Positions 6,862-12,788 of a stretch of DNA of 32,000 nt are shown here, in pieces. The notes beneath the pieces were generated by a model. The model saw nothing but the letters and a program-made list of their open reading frames with translations, was not told the DNA's origin and made no database searches. Location: the NCBI RefSeq assembly GCF_000025925.1, contig NC_014033.1, forward strand, positions 2,430,001 through 2,462,000, read 5' to 3'. The translations under genes were made by a program, and so were the position numbers. This stretch comes from Xylanibacter ruminicola 23 (GTDB lineage: Bacteria > Bacteroidota > Bacteroidia > Bacteroidales > Bacteroidaceae). The first letter of the stretch is position 1. Every line of letters begins with the position of its first letter.

Positions 6862-7770
6862 ATGGAAAGAATACATTCGGCAAAGGAGCTTTTTCTCAAT
6901 ACACTCATTAATATGGGTATCAAGTATGAGAGCCACAACTACGAAGATACCATCTGGTTTGACTACCAGGATATGGACTTTGAAGCAGAAGAAGATAAGG
7001 GAGGTAGGTACATAACCCTGGAGTATATGGACTGGAAAGAACTTCACGATGCCGAGGAAGCCTTAAGGATGCGGAGGATTATCAACAAGGTGAACAGGAA
7101 CAGTGATGTAGTTATCTCAACAACGGTAAAATTTACTTATTATCGCAGAAAAATACTATTCATAGAGGAGATTCCTAATATCGAGGACTACCTGCGTTCT
7201 GAACTTCAAGAGTTGATACGTATTTACGAGATGGTGAACGAAGCTCTACAGAAAGATAACGAGAATGAGAAGTCAGGCAAATGGCAACCTATAGACATCG
7301 AATCTACCCAAACCAAAGACTTGTTTATTAAAACCATCAGGGAAATGGGGTGCGATTACGAACCATGGAAGGACGAGGAATCGCGTTGTGAAAGCATCGT
7401 TTTTGATTACCAGACGGAAACGTATCGTGCAACCTTTTTCGAAGTAACAAAGAAAGTGTTATTAGAAAACCACTATAGCCTATACAATGTGGCGCTAAAC
7501 GACATGGATAAAGTAAACCAACTACGCGAGGTTGTAAACAAAGTGAATCAGGAGCATGATGCCGTTACTGTATACACGATCGACTGCGTTACTAATAAGA
7601 TGTATGCCGAAGCCAGTCATACCGTGCCCTTCATGGCAGAAATACCCAATTTACTTACTTATCTTCATTCCATACTGAACGACCTCTATTTGGTGCGGAT
7701 GGACATTAAATGCGAAATGGAAGCTGATGAGATTGAAGAACAAAGGATTATGGATCGAGAGGCCAATTAA
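6862..7770 (+). CDS. Uncharacterised protein made of two tandem homologous ~140-aa domains (possibly a YbjN / secretion-chaperone-like fold)
   Basis: 302-aa ORF with a clear internal repeat. AKELFLNTLINMGIKYE matches TKDLFIKTIREMGCDYE. IWFDYQDMDF matches IVFDYQTETY. RRIINKVNRNSDVV matches REVVNKVNQEHDAV. FIEEIPNIEDYL matches FMAEIPNLLTYL. Confidence 0.7.
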   Translation: MERIHSAKELFLNTLINMGIKYESHNYEDTIWFDYQDMDFEAEEDKGGRYITLEYMDWKELHDAEEALRMRRIINKVNRNSDVVISTTVKFTYYRRKILFIEEIPNIEDYLRSELQELIRIYEMVNEALQKDNENEKSGKWQPIDIESTQTKDLFIKTIREMGCDYEPWKDEESRCESIVFDYQTETYRATFFEVTKKVLLENHYSLYNVALNDMDKVNQLREVVNKVNQEHDAVTVYTIDCVTNKMYAEASHTVPFMAEIPNLLTYLHSILNDLYLVRMDIKCEMEADEIEEQRIMDREAN

Positions 7771-7867
7771 ACATAAGAATCTCCACTTCTTTCAGCGTCT
7801 CGTCAGCTCGATCAAGTCTGTACTGTACAAGCGCATCGCGGCTTGGGGCATCAAGAGTTTCGTTCAT
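7748..7867 (-). pseudogene. Truncated HEPN toxin remnant (39 codons) downstream of the MNT gene
   Basis: The ATG at 7867 overlaps the MNT stop (ATGA). Translation gives MNETLDAPSRDALVQYRLDRADETLKEVEIL, which looks like a HEPN N-terminal helix, followed by unrelated MFNWPLDP and a stop. The tail overlaps the 3' end of the convergent 6862-7770 gene. Confidence 0.6.
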
Positions 7868-8178
7868 AACGTAATTCCTTCGTTCATTACATTAATATAG
7901 AAAGGTGTTTTGAATGGGCGATTCTCCCATTGCCTGCGAAGCATAATCATAGGACTGATGAGAACACCTGTGCTGAGTTCAAGATCATATAGGGCTCCTG
8001 ACACAGCTTCCTCTCTTTTTAAGTCTCTAGCTTCCCCCTCAAGTAGAACGAGCACATCAATATCGCTATCGGCACGAGCATCACCTCGTGCTTCAGACCC
8101 ATACAGAATTGCCGTTGCCGTGGGCTCGGTCTTTTTGATGGTCTGTTTTATTCGTTCTACAATCTCTGGTCTTCGCAT
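7864..8178 (-). CDS. MNT-type nucleotidyltransferase (antitoxin-like partner of HEPN)
   Basis: MRRPEIVERIKQTIK..ILYGSEARGDARADSDIDVLVLL.. carries the GSxxRG...DxD Pol-beta-type NTase motif. I moved the start to the ATG at 8178, because the track's 157-aa version adds an S/P-rich extension that overlaps the next gene. Confidence 0.8.
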   Translation of the reverse strand: MRRPEIVERIKQTIKKTEPTATAILYGSEARGDARADSDIDVLVLLEGEARDLKREEAVSGALYDLELSTGVLISPMIMLRRQWENRPFKTPFYINVMNEGITL

Positions 8179-8197
8179 TACCTTTATATTTCTGCGG

Positions 8198-8205
8198 CAA
8201 AGATA
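8198..8205 (-). promoter_or_regulatory. -7 box TATCTTTG upstream of the MNT gene
   Basis: Plus-strand caaagata lies 20 nt upstream of the ATG at 8178. Confidence 0.5.
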
Positions 8206-8245
8206 AGAAGAAAAACGTGAACTTTGCAAATATTTAGGGAAAAAT

Positions 8246-8620
8246 TTACCAACCTGCGGGGAGGACGATATTGGGGACTTCGTGAGCTTTGGCGAAGAGG
8301 GGGGAGATTTCCTCGTTGGTGAAGCCAGCGATGCCACAACCTACGCGGGTTACTAAGAACGTGAGGTCGGGACGGGTTTTGGCGAATTCGATGAATTCAT
8401 CTACATAGGGTTTGATGGCATCAACACCGCCATGCATGGTGGGTATGCCATAGCTCTGCCCTTGCAGACCAACGCCCTGCCCCCAGATAGCACCAAACTT
8501 ACGATAGGCCAACAAGGCAGCCCCGCCACCATGCGCCCCAGCCAGGTTGCTACCAAACACAAACACCTCGTTCTCACCAAGCTCCGTTATCCGCTCCGGC
8601 GTCACTCTTTTCTGTTCCAT
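8246..8620 (-). CDS. Conserved small protein with a GSNxxGxHGxGAA motif (phage-associated family, function unknown)
   Basis: 124-aa ORF ..ENEVFVFGSNLAGAHGGGAALLAYRKFGAIWGQGVGLQGQSYGIPT.. I recall this motif from a widespread phage/prophage-associated family. The exact family name is not verified. Confidence 0.6.
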   Translation of the reverse strand: MEQKRVTPERITELGENEVFVFGSNLAGAHGGGAALLAYRKFGAIWGQGVGLQGQSYGIPTMHGGVDAIKPYVDEFIEFAKTRPDLTFLVTRVGCGIAGFTNEEISPLFAKAHEVPNIVLPAGW

Positions 8621-8647
8621 ATACTTGTATTTAGAAAGTCATCGCTG

Positions 8648-8655
8648 CAAATATA
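8648..8655 (-). promoter_or_regulatory. -7 box TATATTTG for the 8246-8620 gene
   Basis: Plus-strand caaatata lies 28 nt upstream of the ATG at 8620. Confidence 0.5.
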
Positions 8656-8686
8656 CAACTTTTTCTGGAATATAAACAAAAAGGCA

Positions 8687-8723
8687 CAAAAAAAATCGCA
8701 ACAGGTTTTTGGCCTATTGCGAT
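8687..8723 (-). terminator. Rho-independent terminator after the small peptide gene
   Basis: The minus strand reads ATCGCAATAGGCCAAAAACCTGTTGCGAT, with 7+3 bp of stem, followed by T8. Confidence 0.6.
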
Positions 8724-8745
8724 TTGATACTTGGGGGTGGATGCT

Positions 8746-8847
8746 CTACGATCCTACACAGCTGGTGGCGCCGAGGGCGGTTACGATGGCTGTAGCGATG
8801 GATGCAATCATCTGGACGATGAACTTCAGTGTTTCTTTCTTTGTCAT
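8746..8847 (-). CDS. 33-aa hydrophobic peptide of the Bacteroidales 'smalltalk' type (not in the ORF track)
   Basis: My own translation gives MTKKETLKFIVQMIASIATAIVTALGATSCVGS followed by a stop. It has a basic N-terminus, one TM-like helix and a C-terminal SC motif. It sits beside an HU-like gene, as I recall for this family. Confidence 0.5.
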   Translation of the reverse strand: MTKKETLKFIVQMIASIATAIVTALGATSCVGS

Positions 8848-8888
8848 AATGGTTTAGGTTATATGGTTAATACTTTGTGTTTCATGGT

Positions 8889-8917
8889 AAAAATGGTGGG
8901 GCTTGTGCCCCAACCAT
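8889..8917 (-). terminator. Rho-independent terminator immediately after the HU-like gene
   Basis: The minus strand reads ATGGTTGGGGCACAAGCCCCACCAT followed by TTTTT. The stem starts at the stop codon. Confidence 0.55.
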
Positions 8918-9468
8918 TAGTCGCCAATGGGCTCGTGGCCACCGCCGCCGGTATTGCCGCCACCGCCAGTGTTTCCACCGCCACCGGTATTGCCACCCTG
9001 AGTGCCGCCACCGGTATTACCTGGCTTATCATCCTCGATAAGCTGGCCAGCAAACGCCTCGGCATTTACAAACTCGGCCTTCTTGATGAACTCACGGCTT
9101 GAGATGTTGGTCTCGGCCTCCTGATCGGGCAGGAATCGGATGTGGAGGGCCTTCAGGTTCTTCTGAGGTGAAAAGTCCTCCTTCTTCAGAGCACCACCCT
9201 TCTCGTTCTCCAAGGTGGTAAAGAAGATGCCCAGACCGTCGATCTTGACGCGCTTGGAGTTCAGGAGCATCTCCAACAGACAACTACGGAACTTCTCCAG
9301 CACTCCGAACACCACGTCGGGAGTGTAGATACTGCCGTGCTCGGCGATGTGGTTGGCCATCTTACGAGTGTTCAGCGTCTCGACGGTCTTGCTGTGGGCA
9401 AACCACTTACCGAAAATCTTCGAATTCTTGATGTTGTTTTGCTTCAACAGATAAAAGATCTTTGCCAT
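8917..9468 (-). CDS. Bacteroidetes HU-related DNA-binding protein with a C-terminal Gly/Asn/Thr repeat tail
   Basis: 183-aa ORF MAKIFYLLKQNNIKNSKIFGKWFAH..TRKMANHIAEHGSIYT..VKIDGLGIF.. matches the pattern of the HU_rel family. The tail reads GNTGGGTQGGNTGGGGNTGGGGNTGGGG. Confidence 0.8.
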   Translation of the reverse strand: MAKIFYLLKQNNIKNSKIFGKWFAHSKTVETLNTRKMANHIAEHGSIYTPDVVFGVLEKFRSCLLEMLLNSKRVKIDGLGIFFTTLENEKGGALKKEDFSPQKNLKALHIRFLPDQEAETNISSREFIKKAEFVNAEAFAGQLIEDDKPGNTGGGTQGGNTGGGGNTGGGGNTGGGGHEPIGD

Positions 9469-9514
9469 AATGTGTAAAAGGTTTTAAATGGGTTAATTAT
9501 TAAGTTTGACGATG

Positions 9515-9522
9515 CAAAGGTA
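9515..9522 (-). promoter_or_regulatory. -7 box TACCTTTG for the HU-like gene
   Basis: Plus-strand caaaggta, about 46 nt upstream of the ATG at 9468. It is followed by GCATCGTCAAA, the same sequence that follows the box at 11734. Confidence 0.55.
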
Positions 9523-9674
9523 CTACTATAGAATGTAATCTACAAACTTTTTAGGCCTCCACTTAGTTAAACAGTGTTAACAAAAATCAGCTACCACTTC
9601 ATCGCTCACAATCCGTAACTTCGTGATTTACGATCTAACGGATATCGATGAGATAAGTGCCACCTCGTTCCAGG

Positions 9675-9848
9675 CACGCAGTATCACAGTAACATAACCG
9701 ATTTTGCCTGTTCTGCAGAAAAACTGGCTATATTGAATATTATATATATTAAATATATATAATATTTATAATGCTATAATTATATATATTACCACCTATC
9801 GCCGCCTAACCTACTCGCAGTATCCTTATGTTACTGTGATACTGCGTG
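9675..9848. repeat. 174-bp element bounded by perfect 23-bp inverted repeats (CACGCAGTATCACAGTAACATAA). It could be MITE-like, an invertible segment, or an origin-like structure.
   Basis: 9675-9697 is the exact reverse complement of 9826-9848. The interior is AT-rich and includes a 31-bp AT-only palindrome at 9736-9766. An extra partial forward copy (cgcagtatc) lies at 9816-9824. Confidence 0.75.
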
Positions 9849-9908
9849 GAAAAAGATATATAAGAACAAAAATCGCGCATAAATCTTGTATATCTAAGAA
9901 TTTTGCAA

Positions 9909-9916
9909 TACCTTTG
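9909..9916 (+). promoter_or_regulatory. -7 box TACCTTTG only 4 nt before the ATG at 9921
   Basis: The sequence is TACCTTTGcaatATG. This implies a leaderless or near-leaderless mRNA. Confidence 0.45.
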
Positions 9917-9920
9917 CAAT

Positions 9921-10811
9921 ATGGAATATTACATATGCCCATTCAGGATAGCAAGCAGCGAGAAATGGTACGCCCAGCCCGATGGTTTTCAACCACAGGA
10001 AGTCCTGGCGACAGTGACGCGAGATGACTTCCTACGACAGAACAAAAAATTACTATTCACTGACAAAAGCGGCAACCACATCTATTCGCACAAATACATA
10101 TACCAACCCAAGGATGGCATAGCCGTGCTTAAACTAGCAAACAGGTACGTAGATAGTGATGACGAAGAATTCTGGAAAAGACGGCCTTGGGAAGACCGAT
10201 TCTTTACAGTTATCGTCATAGTCAGTAGAAAGGATGGTACTTGTTTCTATGTTGAGGATAACGAGCGTGCATTTGATAGGGTTGAAGACGTGGTGAAGAT
10301 ACTGTGCAGAGGGCTTAACCATAGTCTGTCGAGTCATCAATTATTTATAGGTTCTGATTACAACTTCATCAAGCAAACCGATAACTTTGCCCTGATGTCG
10401 GCTTGTGCTATTATCAACCAGCAACTTGAAGACTCACTCAACCTTCAGTTTGGTACATGCGACGCGATGAAACATGAGTATGACGAGAATGCCCTATTAG
10501 CAGCACAACTGTTTACCAGCGCCTTAACCGACCAACGCAAAGCCAGCATGGTTATATCGTTGCTCTACGAACTTACCAAAGGCAGGAAAGACAGGAAAGC
10601 GCTGATGTGCGGACTACGAGCGGCTATGGATGCGGGGGTGATAGTAAAACCAAGCTACAACGATTTTATTACGGTGTTTAACTGTGGTCATCTGGTATCA
10701 AAAGAGCAGTATAGCACTTATACCAACCCAAATTATCACGGATACAAGAAATACGAACTCTACAAAAACGCCTACATCAGATTCAAACAGATTAAGGAAG
10801 CAGTCATCTAA
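9921..10811 (+). CDS. Hypothetical protein (296 aa from the ATG at 9921; the track start is 9903)
   Basis: Long ORF with protein-like composition (MEYYICPFRIASSEKWYAQPDG...). I recognise no family. I prefer the 9921 start because the -7 box overlaps the 9903 start. Confidence 0.6.
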   Translation: MEYYICPFRIASSEKWYAQPDGFQPQEVLATVTRDDFLRQNKKLLFTDKSGNHIYSHKYIYQPKDGIAVLKLANRYVDSDDEEFWKRRPWEDRFFTVIVIVSRKDGTCFYVEDNERAFDRVEDVVKILCRGLNHSLSSHQLFIGSDYNFIKQTDNFALMSACAIINQQLEDSLNLQFGTCDAMKHEYDENALLAAQLFTSALTDQRKASMVISLLYELTKGRKDRKALMCGLRAAMDAGVIVKPSYNDFITVFNCGHLVSKEQYSTYTNPNYHGYKKYELYKNAYIRFKQIKEAVI

Positions 10812-10919
10812 ACACACCAAAACGCTTAACTTTTCTGAACTTATCACAACTATTCTGGTCAAATCGGCACTCGGCCGAAATAATCAGTTTTTTTATTTGC
10901 GCATATCAGCCGGATGCTA

Positions 10920-10927
10920 TATTTTTG
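10920..10927 (+). promoter_or_regulatory. -7 box TATTTTTG upstream of the 11003 gene
   Basis: The match to TAnnTTTG lies 75 nt upstream of the ATG at 11003. Confidence 0.4.
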
Positions 10928-11002
10928 CGGCCGCTGAGCACAACAATAATTAAAAACCTGAGACAGGCATGGGCCCATTCTGTTTCTTAAACTTTAACAA
11001 CA

Positions 11003-11650
11003 ATGAAGCAGAACAACAATGAAGTGCAGTACATTTGGCACGACGGGGCTACTATCCCCGAAGACCTGCTGATTAGCATGGCTAAAACAGCAGGATGTTA
11101 CGAATCGGCTAAGCCTTATCTATTTTCGTTGATGGCGCATGGCCTTAACCATGGTATCCGCAACTATATATATAAGGTAAACGAGATACGTGATTATTAC
11201 CACGTGGTACCTATCCCCATAGCCAAGGAGATGGGACAGGGCACTACCTGCGACCAAACCCATCACGCCGATGTGGCAAGGAAGCGATACAAAGCCATGA
11301 ACCAGGAAGGTCGGGAACTGGTAGTAACCAACAGTCTGAAGCTACTGCTAACCAATCACCGCAACCTATTCTGCTCGAAAACCGATTGGGCGGGTATCTA
11401 CCTGGTGATCAAGGACAGACTGAATGGACGAATAAGCAAAACCCGATTTACACGACTGATGATGAACCTTACCCGCGACTGGTGGCCCGGGGAGCTACAG
11501 ATAGGCGAACGTACACTGAGTAACTTTGGTAGATGTGTGACCTACGAAGACCGACTGGAGGCTTACTACGACATGGATAATAACCCATGGGCCGAACTTT
11601 GCGACACCTATTGGAACCTACTGATGCAACAGATTCTGACGCATAACTGA
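11003..11650 (+). CDS. Hypothetical protein (215 aa)
   Basis: ORF with protein-like composition. No motif recognised. Confidence 0.55.
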   Translation: MKQNNNEVQYIWHDGATIPEDLLISMAKTAGCYESAKPYLFSLMAHGLNHGIRNYIYKVNEIRDYYHVVPIPIAKEMGQGTTCDQTHHADVARKRYKAMNQEGRELVVTNSLKLLLTNHRNLFCSKTDWAGIYLVIKDRLNGRISKTRFTRLMMNLTRDWWPGELQIGERTLSNFGRCVTYEDRLEAYYDMDNNPWAELCDTYWNLLMQQILTHN

Positions 11651-11704
11651 CGCTGTTTATCGCCCATCGACGCAAATAACGACGCGATTCTGACGCACTG
11701 ACGC
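11632..11704. repeat. Cluster of six GACGC cores, including a 12-nt direct repeat GATTCTGACGCA (11632-11643 and 11686-11697)
   Basis: GACGC occurs at 11638, 11649, 11669, 11681, 11692 and 11700. The cluster spans the stop of the 11003-11650 gene and lies ~30 nt upstream of the next promoter box. Confidence 0.6.
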
Positions 11705-11733
11705 ATCAGCCCCACCACCTATTTATTTCATCA

Positions 11734-11741
11734 TATCTTTG
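11734..11741 (+). promoter_or_regulatory. -7 box TATCTTTG for the 11773 gene
   Basis: The sequence is TATCTTTGCATCGTCAAA, 31 nt upstream of the ATG at 11773. Confidence 0.55.
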
Positions 11742-11772
11742 CATCGTCAAAAAGAAATTAAAGCGAACAAGT

Positions 11773-12099
11773 ATGAGAAAAATTGAAGAAAAAATCACGG
11801 TTACAACCAAGCCCAACGGCTATGCGTTGACAGTAAACGAGAAGGAGTATTTATACTTTAACACGTTAGATCTGGTAAAGGGTGTTTGCATTCATGTGGG
11901 ATTGGGACGAAAGAGTCCGACCACCAAGTATGGACGCGATGCGATACTGAAGGCTATGGGCGATGGAAGTCTGGAGCGCAAGCTACAGAAAGAGGTAAAC
12001 GAACTGAAATCACAAGTGTTTAATTTAAAGAACGCGCTGCATGAAAGCAAAGAAGAACAAAAGGGGAATAACGGTCAAGAAGGGCTGTATCTCATGTAA
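11773..12099 (+). CDS. Hypothetical protein (108 aa) with a coiled-coil-like C-terminus
   Basis: ORF directly downstream of a promoter box. The C-terminal half is rich in K/E/L/Q (LERKLQKEVNELKSQVFNLKNALHESKEEQ). Confidence 0.5.
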   Translation: MRKIEEKITVTTKPNGYALTVNEKEYLYFNTLDLVKGVCIHVGLGRKSPTTKYGRDAILKAMGDGSLERKLQKEVNELKSQVFNLKNALHESKEEQKGNNGQEGLYLM

Positions 12100-12376
12100 G
12101 TGGAAGATGTACGATGGTGAGGGCAACCGCATCTGCACCCTGTTCCGTAACAACGAGAAAGGTTACTGCAACAAATGGCGCATGACCCATGCCCTGAGGA
12201 ACGCCGGTACACCATATGGCAACATTCATACCAAACCCTATCTGCGCTATGCCATGGAGATAGCGCAGGACGAGCAAAGGTGGATAGCCCAAGGTTACAA
12301 CATCACCCCCACCCCGATCGAAGAGATGCGAAATAACTATTTAAAAGAACATAAAACTTATAACATCGATTTTTAA
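12041..12376 (+). CDS. Hypothetical Cys-containing small protein (111 aa; start uncertain)
   Basis: The ORF overlaps the previous gene by 59 nt if the ATG at 12041 is used. The alternative ATG at 12107 removes the CxxC of CISCKWKMYDGEGNRIC...YC. Confidence 0.45.
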   Translation: MKAKKNKRGITVKKGCISCKWKMYDGEGNRICTLFRNNEKGYCNKWRMTHALRNAGTPYGNIHTKPYLRYAMEIAQDEQRWIAQGYNITPTPIEEMRNNYLKEHKTYNIDF

Positions 12377-12383
12377 CTAACTT

Positions 12384-12728
12384 ATGAAAAAGAAACTTAT
12401 CAACATTCAGGACATCACCGTAGTTATGAACCGTGCATCGAGAGGCCTTACCATTGAGGGCGTTATGTTTATCGACAAGCACACACACCATCTGACGTTC
12501 AAGCCTTACAACCTGGCCAAGTATCAGCCTGGCTACTACCAGCGAACCAAACCCAAACTGATTAAGAAACTGCCATGGGGAGCACTTAAACAGAGTATTC
12601 GCAACAACATTCTGCGACTGAGTGTGCCACAGGCGTTGGGAACAGCGCAAACCATAGCCATCTTTAACAACCATGTGGCCCAGGCCAACGATGCGCTGAT
12701 TGATTTAGAACTCAAAGAGTTCTGTTGA
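12384..12728 (+). CDS. Hypothetical protein (114 aa)
   Basis: The ORF starts 7 nt after the previous stop and lies directly upstream of the primase-like gene. No motif recognised. Confidence 0.5.
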   Translation: MKKKLINIQDITVVMNRASRGLTIEGVMFIDKHTHHLTFKPYNLAKYQPGYYQRTKPKLIKKLPWGALKQSIRNNILRLSVPQALGTAQTIAIFNNHVAQANDALIDLELKEFC

Positions 12729-12732
12729 CTTT

Positions 12733-12788
12733 AAACATGAAACATGAAACATTAAAGATTAAAGATTAAAGATTAAAGATTAAACATG
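12733..12788 (+). repeat. Eight tandem heptamers AAA(C/G)AT(G/T); the last unit contains the start codon of the primase-like gene
   Basis: The units read aaacatg, aaacatg, aaacatt, aaagatt x4, aaacatg. The ATG at 12786-12788 is the end of unit 8. Confidence 0.9.

Noticed and set aside
6325-6938. ORFs 6325-6678 (+, 117 aa) and 6606-6938 (-, 110 aa) in the divergent intergenic region
   Set aside because: Their composition is not protein-like (R/H/C/P/S-rich). They overlap the stem-rich GC island and the promoter boxes, so I interpret the region as RNA or regulatory sequence instead.
8179-8337. N-terminal 53-aa extension of the MNT ORF (the track's 157-aa version)
   Set aside because: The extension is S/P/K-rich and overlaps the 3' end of the 8246-8620 gene. 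It also runs across a TAnnTTTG box. The ATG at 8178 gives a normal-length MNT protein.
8731-9102. Plus-strand 123-aa ORF and minus-strand 68-aa ORF over the HU-like tail region
   Set aside because: They are generated by the GC-rich in-frame repeat of the HU-like tail, so they are antisense or alternate-frame artefacts. The small 33-aa ORF on the minus strand at 8746-8847 is the better explanation for part of this region.
9698-9825. A promoter-carrying inverton (phase-variable promoter) inside the 23-bp IR element
   Set aside because: I found no TAnnTTTG match on either strand within the invertible segment. The promoter-switch version is therefore not supported, although inversion itself is still listed as a hypothesis to test.
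12733-12788. Heptamer arrays (also 15243-15270) as a CRISPR array
   Set aside because: The units are only 7 nt, are contiguous with no spacers, and there are no cas genes. They are simple tandem repeats.
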